Part shown: one piece after another, positions 9,434 through 20,396 of the stretch
How the letters are laid out: each line of letters starts with the position of its first letter
How positions within the stretch are numbered: the first letter of the stretch is position 1
Assembly (NCBI GenBank): GCA_963733195.1
Contig: CAVTCR010000050.1
Span: 192,001-256,000 of the forward strand
Reading direction: 5' to 3'
Origin: an uncultured delta proteobacterium
Lineage (GTDB): Bacteria > Desulfobacterota > Binatia > Bin18
Length of the DNA: 64,000 nt
Position numbers and translations under genes: made by a program
Notes under the pieces: model-generated
Seen by the model: only the letters and a program-made list of their open reading frames with translations
Told to the model about the DNA's origin: nothing
The model's database searches: none

Positions 9434-9908
9434 TCAGGATGGTCTTTGCCATTCCCAACGCATCTCGGCTGTGCGAGAGATTGTGATCGGTCTCAAACCC
9501 AATCAGTTGCAGGAGAAACCAGCCATACTGCCCTTCGATGGTCACCCGAACCGCATCTTCGTTTATATTATCTGAAGGAACAAATTCACTTTCAAGCGTA
9601 AAGCCGTTAAATAAGCCAACATCAGGGATTTTGGCGGATGCAACTTTGAGAATAGAGGGACCACTGCCACAAGGGACGGTACAGGTTCCCTCTTCCCCTG
9701 CCGGAAATCCTCCCCCCCCCACAGAGCGAACAACTGCCCCGGCGCGTGCCCCTTCGCGAGCAGCATTCACAATCACTTGTCCGACAAAGAATGCCAAACC
9801 AAAATCGACAATCCCACCAATGATGACGAGAAGAAAAGGAAGGATGAAAGCAAATTCGATGAGCGCTTGCCCGCGTTTATTGGAGTGAAAGGAAAGGATA
9901 CGGCCCAT
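9434..9908 (-). CDS. tadE: TadE-like pseudopilin, frameshift near 9490
   Basis: KRGQALIEFAFILP..IVDFG..NAAREGARAG; shifted frame ends ITISRTAEMRWEWQRPS*. Confidence 0.85.
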
Positions 9909-10048
9909 AGCCCCTCCGTCTTTCAGCGCTTTGACTTACTAACATACCTGTTTTTGAGATCACTATTCAATTATCTACGACCGCTGTGTACGGTACAGGT
10001 CCAAATGGCACAAAAAGATAGACCACAAATACCCCGGATTTGCAACCA

Positions 10049-10064
10049 AGCAAGATCCTTACCA
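10049..10064 (-). promoter_or_regulatory. sigma54 -24/-12 promoter for tadE-tadG
   Basis: TGGTAA-GGATC-TTGCT (GG-N10-GC). Confidence 0.55.
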
Positions 10065-10167
10065 AGGCAGCCACCTGGTCCCATTTTGCACTGCAAAATG
10101 GGAGAAGTTCATAGGGGTTATACCGCAAGTTGCTAAAAAAATAAGCTCCTAAAGAATGAAGTTCTTA

Positions 10168-10232
10168 TGTCACTTTTGTCAAAACTTCTGTCATTTCTGA
10201 CAAATGACAACGGCATGACACAGAGTCTGACA
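10168..10232. promoter_or_regulatory. Array of TGTCA/TGACA half-sites, putative enhancer (UAS)
   Basis: TGTCActttTGTCAaaacttcTGTCAtttcTGACAaaTGACAacggcaTGACAcagagtcTGACA. Confidence 0.6.
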
Positions 10233-10264
10233 GTGGAATTGTTGAGAAAATCACCGCTTTCCGC

Positions 10265-10280
10265 TGGCACATAGCATGCT
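10265..10280 (+). promoter_or_regulatory. sigma54 promoter for the flp operon
   Basis: TGGCAC-ATAGC-ATGCT. Confidence 0.7.
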
Positions 10281-10353
10281 CCCTGTTTCTTTGCATATAC
10301 GACGCTACACTATATGGGGGTGGCACAAATTAATCTGAGAAAGGAGCTCTTTT

Positions 10354-10572
10354 ATGAAAGATTTATTGAAACGTCTATTGATTGAAGAAGAAGGACAAGG
10401 CATCACCGAGTATGCTCTTATCCTCGGCTTGATCGTGTTTGGGGTCTGGGTCATTATTAATTCTTCTAACATAGGCGAGGCTATTACTACCCTTTTCGCG
10501 AATGTCACAGGTGAAATTGGTAAGTGTAGCGTCCCTGGAACCTGCGGCGAAGGCTCTGGCGGCACTCCATAA
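10354..10572 (+). CDS. flp: Flp family type IVb pilin
   Basis: EEEGQGITEYALILGLI Flp motif; AAGGAG RBS. Confidence 0.92.
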   Translation: MKDLLKRLLIEEEGQGITEYALILGLIVFGVWVIINSSNIGEAITTLFANVTGEIGKCSVPGTCGEGSGGTP

Positions 10573-10695
10573 TGCATGGCCCTCAGCAGTCTAGAGCAGC
10601 GAAGAGTCAAGCCTGAGCAAAAGCTGGCAGTTTGTTTCTTCACACTTCTTCTACCAAATCCCTCCTCCTGTCCGGTTATTGACCTATACAACTTG

Positions 10696-10729
10696 TAAGA
10701 GAGGCACCTGAATTCAGGTGCCTCTCTTA
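10696..10729. terminator. Perfect 34-bp palindrome after flp, terminator or attenuator
   Basis: TAAGAGAGGCACCTGAATTCAGGTGCCTCTCTTA. Confidence 0.6.
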
Positions 10730-10805
10730 GTTCTATCCCGCAGAGCCTCAGGCGCGATTGCCGAGATGTGGCTACCTTTCTCATCCAAAGGACAATAAGA
10801 AAGAC

Positions 10806-11348
10806 ATGGTCATCCTCAAAGATGTCCTTTTCCTCCTCTTCTCTGGACTCGCAGTGATATTTGATCTCAGAGAGCAACGCATCCCTAACTGGCTCAATTT
10901 CCCGGCGACAGGAGCCGGATTACTGCTGAATGGCTGGAATGGGTTTCCCTCCTTACTCGATAGTCTATACGGTTGCGGGCTCGGCATTGGGATTTTCGTC
11001 CTGCCGTTCATCCTCGGTTGGTTAGGCGCAGGGGATGTAAAACTCATGGGTGCACTCGGAGCTATTCTCGGGTCTGCGATCATTCCTCGCGTTGCCTTCT
11101 ACTCCGTTCTTGCTGGAGGCTTGCTTGCCCTATTTTCCCTTGTGGGAAAAAAGTTTAAGCTTAGAAGCTTAACAAGTGTTTGGTTGGACTTCAAACTGCT
11201 GCTAATGACTAAAGGAACAGTATTACCTGAAGCAGTTGGACAACGGAGCCGGAAAGGCTCACATACGGTTCCTTACGGAGTCGCAATCGTGTTAGGAGCG
11301 CTAGTTGCAGTGTATTATGATCCCGATGGACACTGGGCAGGATTTTAG
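10806..11348 (+). CDS. cpaA: Prepilin peptidase, A24 family
   Basis: FDLREQRIPNWL, LGAGDVKLM, VPYGVAI. Confidence 0.92.
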   Translation: MVILKDVLFLLFSGLAVIFDLREQRIPNWLNFPATGAGLLLNGWNGFPSLLDSLYGCGLGIGIFVLPFILGWLGAGDVKLMGALGAILGSAIIPRVAFYSVLAGGLLALFSLVGKKFKLRSLTSVWLDFKLLLMTKGTVLPEAVGQRSRKGSHTVPYGVAIVLGALVAVYYDPDGHWAGF

Positions 11349-11360
11349 CGCAAGAGGTGA

Positions 11361-12191
11361 ATGTCTATGCAAAATCGCTTACGACTCGCCATGCTGATTG
11401 CGATCTCGTTTGGGCTGCTCGCAGCCTACGGGATTTTTAGTTTCCTTCGGCAGCAACGTTTGGACTCCGAGCGATTCAGAAGCTCACTACAAGATATTGT
11501 CGTCGCAACCAAAGAGATTCCCTCTGGAGCTGCCATCACCACGGATATGGTGAAAACTACTTCTTACCTCAAGGCCTCTGTCCCGCCAGGCGCGTTTTCC
11601 TCGCTACAACAAGTGACCGGAAAAATTGCTAAGACCACGATCGCACCGGGTGAACCGATGCTTCCTTCCCGTTTGGCCGATAAAGCTGGATTGACTGTGT
11701 TGTTAAGTCCGGGGTACCGCGCCATTGCCGTACGCGTCAACGAGATCATTGGGGTCAGCGGATTTATTGTTCCCAACGATCGGGTCGATGTCATAGCCCT
11801 GGTCGCTTCTCCTTCCGCTGCCAACGAACCCGCCAAACAGATCTCGAAGATCGTGTTACAAAATAAACGCGTCTTATCAGTCGCACAAACAGTCAATGAA
11901 CCAAAAGATGGAAAACCACAGGTTGCAAGTTCGATTACATTGGAATTGACTCCTGAGGAAGCAGAAAAATTGTCGCTGGCCTCTATTGAAGGGCAGATTG
12001 TGTTAGCGTTGCGAGCGGCACAGGACGAGAACATCGTCGACACGCCGGGGAGTACTACTCGTGATCTTCTCAACCTTGCCGCACCGCCACCACCAGTGCC
12101 AATCGCAGCACCGCCACCACCTGCGGCTCCTCCGGCGCGATACCGGGTAGAGCTCTATGCAGGCAGCAAACGATCGGAGTTTGAGTTCTAG
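11361..12191 (+). CDS. cpaB: Flp pilus assembly protein CpaB
   Basis: SAF domain, GYRAIAVRVNEIIGVSGFIVPNDRVDVI. Confidence 0.92.
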   Translation: MSMQNRLRLAMLIAISFGLLAAYGIFSFLRQQRLDSERFRSSLQDIVVATKEIPSGAAITTDMVKTTSYLKASVPPGAFSSLQQVTGKIAKTTIAPGEPMLPSRLADKAGLTVLLSPGYRAIAVRVNEIIGVSGFIVPNDRVDVIALVASPSAANEPAKQISKIVLQNKRVLSVAQTVNEPKDGKPQVASSITLELTPEEAEKLSLASIEGQIVLALRAAQDENIVDTPGSTTRDLLNLAAPPPPVPIAAPPPPAAPPARYRVELYAGSKRSEFEF

Positions 12192-12209
12192 AGAAAGGGG
12201 CATAGGCAC

Positions 12210-13934
12210 ATGGGGAGTTGTGGGACACGAAGAGGGAGGGGCGTGCCTTGGGGGATAGCCCTCAGTATGCTGTTAGGACTGTGGGGAAGAGGTCAGATCG
12301 CTTACGGTCAGGAAACACATCCATCCATCTCAGTCACAGTGAATCAGTCGCGGGTTTTGCAATTGCGCACACGTTCACGCACGGTATCAGTTGCACAACC
12401 AGACATCGCCGACGTCGTCGTGTTATCCCCCACCGACCTGCTGATTAATGGCAAAGCCGTGGGGACAACCTCACTTGTCATTTGGAATGAGCAAGGAGGA
12501 ATTTCGCACTTCAGCCTTACTGTCATTCCTGATGTGCTCGGCTTACAACGACAACTGCGTGCTTTGTTCCCTGATGATCAGGTCGAAATATCAACTTCAG
12601 GCTCCACCCTCGTACTCAGAGGAGAAGTGGCCAACGAAGTCATTTATGACAAGGTCTTAGAGATCACCCGTACGTACCTGCCTACCAGGCAACAAACTGC
12701 AGAGACGGCGACACCTGGCACGTCACAATCTGTGAATGTTAATACACGGACGCAACCCCGCCTCCCGCAGACTGGCACTGCCTTTGCCGGCGGTGGACAA
12801 TTAGCCTTTCTTCCAGAATCAGCCCTGACCGACACCAACCGATGGGGTGATAAACGGCAACTACCGGGGATTGTCGACCTGTTAGTCATTCGCGAGGCTC
12901 GCCAGGTACAGCTCGACGTTATTGTCGCAGAAATCTCTCTCACGCGGCTACGGGAGCTCGGCGTCGACATCGGCGTAGTCGGAAAACATACATCTTTCTT
13001 AAGCCGAGCAGGAACACAGGGCGGGTTCTCTGCTGGTTCGCTGTTTGAAGATACCAGCCAGTTTCCGCCCACCACTCTTTTTGGCGGTGGTACTTCTGCT
13101 GTGCTTTCCCATGTGACAGGAAATTTAGCACTGACGACAGTCTATCGCCTTTTTCAAGATAAAACCGTTACTGAAGTGCTGGCCCAACCCCGCTTGGTGA
13201 TGAAAAACGGACAGTCTGGAGGATTTCTGGCTGGTGGTGAGTTCCCCGTTCCCTTTGCAACCGACGATGACATCACTATCGACTTCAAACCATTCGGGGT
13301 ACGGCTGGACTTTGTGCCAACTATCACGTGGTCTGATACAATTGATCTACGTGTGTTTCCAGAAGTGAGTGACATTGATCCGTCGGTATCAGTAGCGTTT
13401 GGCGGGGTCGTGATTCCAGGGCTCCGGGTGCGCAGAAGCGTGAATCGTGTCGAGATGCGTGAGGGAGAGACACTGATTATCAGTGGCCTTCTCGATCGCA
13501 GGACTCTCAGAGACCTGAGCAAGATTCCTTTCCTTGGCGACCTCCCGATCATAGGCGCGCTCTTTCGTACGACACGCTTTCGCAATCAGGAAACAGAGTT
13601 GATTTTCGTCGTGACGCCTAAGGTTGTGAAGGCGCTGCGTCCAGGTGTACGGCCGCCGCTCCCATCACTTCGCAAGTATAACGATCCGGATATGCGTCAG
13701 GTCCCTGTGCCCACACCTCCCTCTGCACCAATACCACCGCAGGCTTCTCCTGCTCCGTATCAGGCTCCAGCACCGGAGTCTTCCTTACAGAAATCGACGC
13801 TTGGGGAGTCAACTCCAGAGAGCAACCTGCCCACACCAACATCTTCCCCTAAGCCAACAATCCCCGTACCATCCTTACCATTACCAGCCTCTTCTAGTCG
13901 CCCCGCTCCTGCCGGAGGACCAACACTACCGTAG
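12210..13934 (+). CDS. cpaC: Pilus secretin CpaC/RcpA with Pro-rich tail
   Basis: FLAGGEFPVP, FKPFGVRLDF, KIPFLGDLPIIGALFR..ETELIFVVTP. Confidence 0.92.
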   Translation: MGSCGTRRGRGVPWGIALSMLLGLWGRGQIAYGQETHPSISVTVNQSRVLQLRTRSRTVSVAQPDIADVVVLSPTDLLINGKAVGTTSLVIWNEQGGISHFSLTVIPDVLGLQRQLRALFPDDQVEISTSGSTLVLRGEVANEVIYDKVLEITRTYLPTRQQTAETATPGTSQSVNVNTRTQPRLPQTGTAFAGGGQLAFLPESALTDTNRWGDKRQLPGIVDLLVIREARQVQLDVIVAEISLTRLRELGVDIGVVGKHTSFLSRAGTQGGFSAGSLFEDTSQFPPTTLFGGGTSAVLSHVTGNLALTTVYRLFQDKTVTEVLAQPRLVMKNGQSGGFLAGGEFPVPFATDDDITIDFKPFGVRLDFVPTITWSDTIDLRVFPEVSDIDPSVSVAFGGVVIPGLRVRRSVNRVEMREGETLIISGLLDRRTLRDLSKIPFLGDLPIIGALFRTTRFRNQETELIFVVTPKVVKALRPGVRPPLPSLRKYNDPDMRQVPVPTPPSAPIPPQASPAPYQAPAPESSLQKSTLGESTPESNLPTPTSSPKPTIPVPSLPLPASSSRPAPAGGPTLP

Positions 13935-13961
13935 GAGTTCGGGGATGAAGGAGTACACGCT

Positions 13962-15185
13962 ATGAGCATAAAGATTCCTGTTATCCTGATCGGAGAAGAT
14001 AGCATCGCCCTTGCCTCACTGCGGCAGCAATTGGAAAAGGATTCAGGTTTCGTTGTGCATAAACGCCCGAATGGATTCGGTGAAGCTGCGGAACTCTTGC
14101 AAAGGACACCGACCCCAGCCATCGTGGTGATTGATCTTGGGCGTGATCCTGACAAGATTTTTCAGGCAACCGAAGATTTCAAACGTCACTTTCCCAATAC
14201 GCACCTCATTATGACCACAGCGGACAATAGTTCGCCGGTGATTTTACGTGCGCTACGCACCGGAGCCGAAGAGTTCTTCTCACAGCCGTTTAATTGGCCG
14301 GAAGTCGTGCAGTCCTTTGAGCGCTTGCGCGAGAAAGTGACCCAGTACATCGTCACCCATCGGCAGCAAGGTCACCTGCTTACCGTTTTCTCAGCCAAAG
14401 GCGGTGTCGGCACAACTACCGTGACCGCTAATCTCGGAGTGGCCTTAGCCACCACGCAACAGAGAACGGTGTGCCTTGTTGATCTCGTCTTACAGTTTGG
14501 CGGACTCTCGAGTTTCCTGAATTTGGACGCATCTTACACTATTCTCGATTTTGCTAAGAATCTCCAACGCATCGATCCTTTGTTTATTGAAGGCTCACTG
14601 GGTAAGCATGCTTCAGGCGTTCGTGTGTTAGCAGAACCGGCGCATGCAGAGGAAGCGGGGAAAATCACGGCAAGTGACATTGATCAGACGATCGATGCCT
14701 TGACTGAAGCCTTTGACTTCGTGTTGGTCGACACGCCAAAGGAATTTGACGAAACGTCGTTCGTCGCGCTGGATAAGGCCGATCGTATCCTCTTTGTTAT
14801 GGAAATGAGCATCCCCGCACTCCGTAGTGCACATAAGGCGTTGGAATCATTCGAGCGGTTGCGTATAGACCTGAAAAAAGTCCGGCTCATCCTTAATCGC
14901 TACGAAAAAAGTAAACTCCTTAGCCAGGACTCGCTCGAGAAAACCCTGGCGGTGCAAACCTTTTGCACAATTCCGAACGACTACCCAATCGCCATTTCTT
15001 CGTTGAATCAAGGAGTGCCGATTCTCGACACCAGCCCCCATTCAAAACTAGCCAAGAGCTACCAGAGTTTGGCAACCGCCATCGACCGAGACCTCTCCTC
15101 CTCGGTCTCGGTCACGCGACCAAAACTCGAGCAGAAGAAGGCAGGCTTGCTGAGTCGTCTGATTCCCGCACGAAACGCGAAATGA
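13962..15185 (+). CDS. cpaE: CpaE/TadZ receiver + MinD-like ATPase
   Basis: Degenerate REC domain; [10 protein letters not shown]; LVDLVLQFG; IPNDY. Confidence 0.9.
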   Translation: MSIKIPVILIGEDSIALASLRQQLEKDSGFVVHKRPNGFGEAAELLQRTPTPAIVVIDLGRDPDKIFQATEDFKRHFPNTHLIMTTADNSSPVILRALRTGAEEFFSQPFNWPEVVQSFERLREKVTQYIVTHRQQGHLLTVFSAKGGVGTTTVTANLGVALATTQQRTVCLVDLVLQFGGLSSFLNLDASYTILDFAKNLQRIDPLFIEGSLGKHASGVRVLAEPAHAEEAGKITASDIDQTIDALTEAFDFVLVDTPKEFDETSFVALDKADRILFVMEMSIPALRSAHKALESFERLRIDLKKVRLILNRYEKSKLLSQDSLEKTLAVQTFCTIPNDYPIAISSLNQGVPILDTSPHSKLAKSYQSLATAIDRDLSSSVSVTRPKLEQKKAGLLSRLIPARNAK

Positions 15186-15198
15186 GGAAGGGCACGTC

Positions 15199-16587
15199 AT
15201 GCGTACTCCACCATCATTCCCCTTCGAAACGATACGACGAGAACTCGAACGGCCCCGGACAGAAACTCCGATCAAGCCCCAACCCCGTAGCGAGCGGGCC
15301 CTTGCACCAGACCTGTTCACTCAGAATCTCAAAATCAAGATTCATCGCAAGTTAATTGATACGATTGATTTGACTCGACTCTCAACGTTGGAGAGCGAGT
15401 CGGTCAAGACAGAAATTCGCCATATCCTTGAAGATATGATTATGGCAGAGGCGTTGCCGCTCAGTCGTTCCGACCGTGAGCGGATTGTCGCTGAAATACA
15501 ACATGAGGCGTTCGGCCTTGGACCCATCGAATTTCTCATGACAGATCCGACCATTTCCGATATTTTAGTCAACACCTACGACAATGTCTTTGTCGAACGA
15601 AATGGACGCTTGGAACGAACCGATGTCCGTTTTCGTGACAACGAACACGTGATGCAAATCATCGAGCGCATCGTTTCTCGCGTCGGTCGGCGCATTGACG
15701 AATCGTCACCGATGGTTGATGCGCGTCTCTCAGACGGATCTCGTGTGAACGCGATTATTCCGCCACTTGCTCTGGATGGACCGATTCTCTCTATTCGTCG
15801 CTTTGGTGCTGACCCGCTGACGATGCAAGACCTTGTTCAATTGCATTCGATTCCTGAGCCGATAGCCGATATCTTATCGGCCTGTGTAAAAGCCCGACTC
15901 AATATTCTGGTCTCTGGAGGAACCGGAGCAGGGAAAACTACGTTGCTCAACTGTCTGTCCAACTTTATCCCCTCTCACGAGCGTATCATCACGATCGAGG
16001 ACTCTGCAGAATTAAAATTACAGCAGGAACACATTGTCCGCCTCGAAACCCGTCTACCGAATATTGAAGGTAGAGGGACAGTCACCCAGCGGGACTTAGT
16101 GCGCAATGCACTGCGCATGCGACCGGACCGCATCGTACTTGGCGAAGTCAGAGGTGGAGAAGCGTTGGATATGATCCAGGCGATGAATACCGGCCACGAT
16201 GGTTCACTTAGCACGATCCATGCCAACAGTTGCCGGGATGCATTGTCACGCGCGGAAACAATGATGTTAATGGCTGGCCTCAATCTTCCCGAACGCGCGC
16301 TGCGAGAACAGATTTCCTCAGCCTTGGATGTCGTCATCCAGCTCTCGCGCCTGAGTGACGGCACTCGTAAACTGGTCGAATTCTCTGAGGTGACGGGCAT
16401 GGAGGGCCAAACGATTACTACCCAGTTGATCTTTCGCTTCGATCAGACCGGGATTGAGAATGGTAAAGTCCTCGGAGACTTCACTGCCACTGGTGTCCGC
16501 CCTGCTTTTCTCGACCGTTTAGAGCGGTATGGGCAGAAAGTACCGAGCAGTTACTTTACACCGCTGAACCATCAAGAAGAGAGCGAT
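15199..16587 (+). CDS. cpaF: CpaF/TadA pilus ATPase (reads in frame into tadB)
   Basis: [41 protein letters not shown]. Confidence 0.92.
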
Positions 16588-17556
16588 ATGACGATTTTTC
16601 TCCTCGCCATTCTTGCGTTCCTTGCGCTCTCGAGTTTGTTCGTTGCCATCATTCTGTTGACGCAAGCGGCAGAGAGTTCACCGCAGACCCGAATTCGTAA
16701 ACGTATCACTACCCTGGGCTCCAGCTCCATAGGCGCTAGTACCCCACTGCTCAAAGATTCGCTCTATAGCGAGATTCCCAGTTTCCATCGGTTGCTCTCC
16801 GGTGTTCAAATAGCAAAGAATTTGGATCTTCTCCTAGATCGCGCTAATCTAAACATCGGCGTCGGCTTGTTTATCCTTTTGTCATTCTCTACCGCCGCCG
16901 TTGCGTTTTCCATTTTGATAACCGTTTTCAATCAACCGAGTGGATTGTCTATGTTCGGCGCAGCTTTGACTGCTATCGGTCCTTATATCTACGTGAAGTA
17001 TTTAGCACACAAACGGATGCGAAAATTTCTCGAGCAATTACCAGATGGTCTCGATATCATGGCACAAGGGTTAAAAGCTGGACTGGGTCTGAGCCAAGCG
17101 CAAGCCTATGTGGCAAAGGAAATGCCAGATCCGATTGGTACAGAGTTCGCCGTCTTCATGGAGGAATTGAATCTGGGACTTCCAATAAGAGAAGCGCTGG
17201 AGAATTTTATTGAACGTCTTCCGCTCCCAGAGATGCGCCTGTTTAGTACCGCCCTCTCCGTTCAGCGTGAAGTTGGTGGGAGCTTAGCCGAACTGTTGAA
17301 TAATTTGGCAGACGTGATCCGCGAACGGTTCCGAGTCGAACGCGAGATCAATAGCTTGACGGCGCAAAACCGCATGGCAGCATGGGTGGTATGTTCGCTT
17401 CCACCAGTGTTGTTTGCGGGGATGTATACTATCAATCCTAAGATGATGAGCGAAGTTGCCGCGAGCGGCGTAGGATGGATCATGTTTATGCTTGCTCTAG
17501 TCTTGGAAATTACCGGGATCGTGGTCTTTCGTCGGCTCTTACGTCTCCATATCTAG
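16588..17556 (+). CDS. tadB: TadB, type II secretion F family
   Basis: N-terminal [11 protein letters not shown]; [10 protein letters not shown]; [12 protein letters not shown]. Confidence 0.88.
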   Translation: MTIFLLAILAFLALSSLFVAIILLTQAAESSPQTRIRKRITTLGSSSIGASTPLLKDSLYSEIPSFHRLLSGVQIAKNLDLLLDRANLNIGVGLFILLSFSTAAVAFSILITVFNQPSGLSMFGAALTAIGPYIYVKYLAHKRMRKFLEQLPDGLDIMAQGLKAGLGLSQAQAYVAKEMPDPIGTEFAVFMEELNLGLPIREALENFIERLPLPEMRLFSTALSVQREVGGSLAELLNNLADVIRERFRVEREINSLTAQNRMAAWVVCSLPPVLFAGMYTINPKMMSEVAASGVGWIMFMLALVLEITGIVVFRRLLRLHI

Positions 17557-17573
17557 CCGCCCGCGCAATCGAT

Positions 17574-18506
17574 ATGGAACTTTTGCTTGTCGCGATTGGC
17601 ACCTTCGGTTTTGTTGGAGGACTCTCCCTTCTCTTCCTCGCTCCTAAAGTTGACAGTGAAGAGGACATTATTCAGAAGCGCCTGGCTGCCATTAGCGAGG
17701 GATCAGCAAGAACCAACGGTCAACTGCTTATCGATAACTCGGAAAAAACTTTCTGGGAGCAGACGGCAAACTTTTTTCTCGGTGACAAGGAACTCCCTGA
17801 ACGCTATACGGCAATTGGTCGCACCCTCCACCAAGCCGGATATTCCGGGGAGCGCGCAATGCGGATCTTTTGGGGGGTCTGTTTTTTCTCGACCATTGCT
17901 TTTGCCGCAGCTGCGTTTCTCTTAGCCTCGATCTCGTTTGCACCGTTCTCTAGTACCCTTATGCTGGTCTTCGCCGCTGCCGGGGTTGGCTATCTCCTGC
18001 CACATAGCAATGTTCGCCGCAAGGCGAAACAACGCATGCTAGAAATTCGCGAGACCTTCCCTGACACACTCGACCTGTTGGTGATTTGCGTTGAAGCCGG
18101 ACTTGGAGTTGATAATGCATTAATAAAGGTCTCCGAAGAACAGCAAGGGCAAGGGTTGGCAGTCGGTGATGAACTCCTCTTGATGACGCGAGAGATGCAA
18201 GCCGGCTTGGCGCGGCGTGAAGCGCTCACGCGCTTAGCCGACCGCCTCGACCTTGAAGAAGTTCGTGGGCTGACCGCGTTTCTCGTGCAAACCGAAGAGA
18301 TCGGCGGTAGCATTGCCAGGTCTTTGCGGATATATGCCGAAACGATGCGACAGAAGCGTATTCAAAAGGCCGAGGAGGCCGCACGGAAGCTGGTCATTAA
18401 ACTACTCTTCCCATTGGCACTCTGTATCCTGCCGGCACTGTTCTGTGTAATTTTCGCACCACCAGCAGTGAATATTGCAAAGGTGCTGAAGTACTATACT
18501 CACTAG
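17574..18506 (+). CDS. tadC: TadC, type II secretion F family
   Basis: FPDTLDLLVICVEAGLG; AEEAARKLVIKLLFPL. Confidence 0.9.
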   Translation: MELLLVAIGTFGFVGGLSLLFLAPKVDSEEDIIQKRLAAISEGSARTNGQLLIDNSEKTFWEQTANFFLGDKELPERYTAIGRTLHQAGYSGERAMRIFWGVCFFSTIAFAAAAFLLASISFAPFSSTLMLVFAAAGVGYLLPHSNVRRKAKQRMLEIRETFPDTLDLLVICVEAGLGVDNALIKVSEEQQGQGLAVGDELLLMTREMQAGLARREALTRLADRLDLEEVRGLTAFLVQTEEIGGSIARSLRIYAETMRQKRIQKAEEAARKLVIKLLFPLALCILPALFCVIFAPPAVNIAKVLKYYTH

Positions 18507-18520
18507 AGGACGATGATGTC

Positions 18521-18919
18521 ATGCCGGCATTGAATCTAACAAAGAAAACGTGGCTCGCTACTACCGTGAGGAAAGCGGATAACTTCTTTACACGCCTCGT
18601 TGGACTCTTGCGTCGTCAGTCACTCGGCCCGGAAGAAGCGTTGTGGCTTATACCGAGCAAAGGCGTTCACACTATTGGAATGAAGTTTCCCATCGACGTG
18701 ATCTTCCTTGACCGAACCAATAAAGTCATCGCCACAGTTCGGGATTTAGCCCCGCTACGAATTTCACGTCTCCATTTCAGTGCTCATAGCGTTTTGGAAC
18801 TTCCACGAGGGGCGGTCAACAAATCATCGACGACCGTCGGTGATCAACTCGAGATTCTGTTGGCTGAGTCGTCAGCCATGGACGATCTCAAAGACACCTT
18901 ACTGAATAAGGTCACCTGA
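18521..18919 (+). CDS. DUF192 domain protein
   Basis: ADNFFTRLVGLL, VHTIGMKFPIDVIFLD, VLELPRG. Confidence 0.85.
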   Translation: MPALNLTKKTWLATTVRKADNFFTRLVGLLRRQSLGPEEALWLIPSKGVHTIGMKFPIDVIFLDRTNKVIATVRDLAPLRISRLHFSAHSVLELPRGAVNKSSTTVGDQLEILLAESSAMDDLKDTLLNKVT

Positions 18920-18963
18920 CCTAATTGTGGAACATACCAGGATTTGGGTTTTTCGCCAACGAT

Positions 18964-19024
18964 GGCAGGCACAGCCTGCCCTACCTTGAATCTGCGGGGA
19001 CACGTAGGGCGGCTCCGCCCGCCA
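18964..19024. repeat. REP-like inverted pair (GTAG type)
   Basis: GGCAGGCACAGCCTGCCCTAC ... GTAGGGCGGCTCCGCCCGCC. Confidence 0.5.
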
Positions 19025-19082
19025 CTGGATGAACAAACCAGAAACCGAACCTTAGTGTAACTTCCATATAGACAAAGTCCAG

Positions 19083-20396
19083 CTAAGAGACAGAAGACGA
19101 GCTTTCGTCTTTGAGGTCTTTGAACTCCGCAAACTTCTCCAGTTTACGGTAGAGCGTTCGCACTGAAATTCCCAAGCGCTTTGCAGCTGAGGCTTTATCT
19201 CCGCCCGCTTCCTGCAGCGCTGCACGAATCACTTCTCGTTCTGCCTCATCGATGCGGCCCACAACTTTCGCGCTCAGCTCCTCGCGGTGCCCAGTCGCAT
19301 ATTGTTGGAGATGCATAGGAAGGTCACTTATAGTTATATGCTCGTTGTCTGACACTAAGACAGCACTCTCAACGACATTACGGAGTTCGCGCACATTGCC
19401 TGGCCAAGAATAATCCGCCAAGAGGGTTTGGGCGGACTGGCTGACTTTCTTGGGCGGCTTTTGCATCCGTTGACAGCATTGCAGGGTAAAGTGCTCAACC
19501 AACGGCAGGACATCTTCGCGTCGCTCCCGCAGTGGAGGTAAAATGACACGGGCACTATTGAGCCGATAATAGAGGTCTTCACGAAAGCGCTGTTCCTGGA
19601 TCGCTCTCTCCATCTGTTTGTTCGTCGCAGCAATAATACGCACGTCAGCGGTTTTCGGTGTCGATTCACCGACGCGATAAAATTCGCGGCTTTCAAGAAA
19701 ACGCAGCAACTTTAGTTGTATCGCAAGAGGCAAGTCACCGATTTCATCAAGAAACAAGCTTCCACCTTCTGCCGTTTCAATTAAGCCTTTTTTATTCCTT
19801 TCTGCCCCAGTGAACGCACCTTTTACATAGCCAAATAATTCACTCTCCACCAACGTTTCGGGAATCGCCGTCATGTTGCAGGCGACAAGCGGGCCATCCC
19901 GTCTGGCGCTGTGCTCGTGAATATAACGCGCCATGACTTCTTTTCCGGTTCCGGTCTCACCAGTGATAAGCACGGTAATGTCATAGGGGGCATAGCGGTG
20001 GACAAGACTAGTGACCTCACGAAATTTTGCGCTGTCTCCGATGATAAGAGGAATCTGTTGCTCGCTACTTCTAGTAGCCTCCTCTTCTTCGGGTGAATGG
20101 AGGTTCAGTAGATACGCCAGATTATGAGGATAGCGGGGGTGAAAATGGATAAGAATCGTATCCCCACTCCCTCCCTGTATCTGTCGCATAAACTGCTCCC
20201 AGTTACTTCCATTGCACAACGTGAGGTCGAGAAAAATATACTTGAGTTGATCCTTTGGGATACGAGTACAGGTTCGTTCTGTTTCCTCCCAACTGCGGCT
20301 GATATGAATGAGGAATTGACGTTCTTCGAGCAGTTTTTGTATAGCGACCGGAGATGCTCCTGAAGAGTGCACGAGCAAAACTTGATACGCTGTCAT
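19083..20396 (-). CDS. sigma54-dependent transcriptional activator (NtrC/AtoC family)
   Basis: [38 protein letters not shown]-terminal HTH. Confidence 0.93.
   Translation of the reverse strand: MTAYQVLLVHSSGASPVAIQKLLEERQFLIHISRSWEETERTCTRIPKDQLKYIFLDLTLCNGSNWEQFMRQIQGGSGDTILIHFHPRYPHNLAYLLNLHSPEEEEATRSSEQQIPLIIGDSAKFREVTSLVHRYAPYDITVLITGETGTGKEVMARYIHEHSARRDGPLVACNMTAIPETLVESELFGYVKGAFTGAERNKKGLIETAEGGSLFLDEIGDLPLAIQLKLLRFLESREFYRVGESTPKTADVRIIAATNKQMERAIQEQRFREDLYYRLNSARVILPPLRERREDVLPLVEHFTLQCCQRMQKPPKKVSQSAQTLLADYSWPGNVRELRNVVESAVLVSDNEHITISDLPMHLQQYATGHREELSAKVVGRIDEAEREVIRAALQEAGGDKASAAKRLGISVRTLYRKLEKFAEFKDLKDESSSSVS

Noticed and set aside
8688-9908. 406-aa TadE-TadG fusion ORF
   Set aside because: A shifted frame gives a normal TadE ending (AEMRWE..stop at 9434) and TadG has its own start at 9413, so this is an indel artefact.
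10321-10336. Second TGGCAC upstream of flp as a sigma54 promoter
   Set aside because: It lacks the GC at the -12 position.
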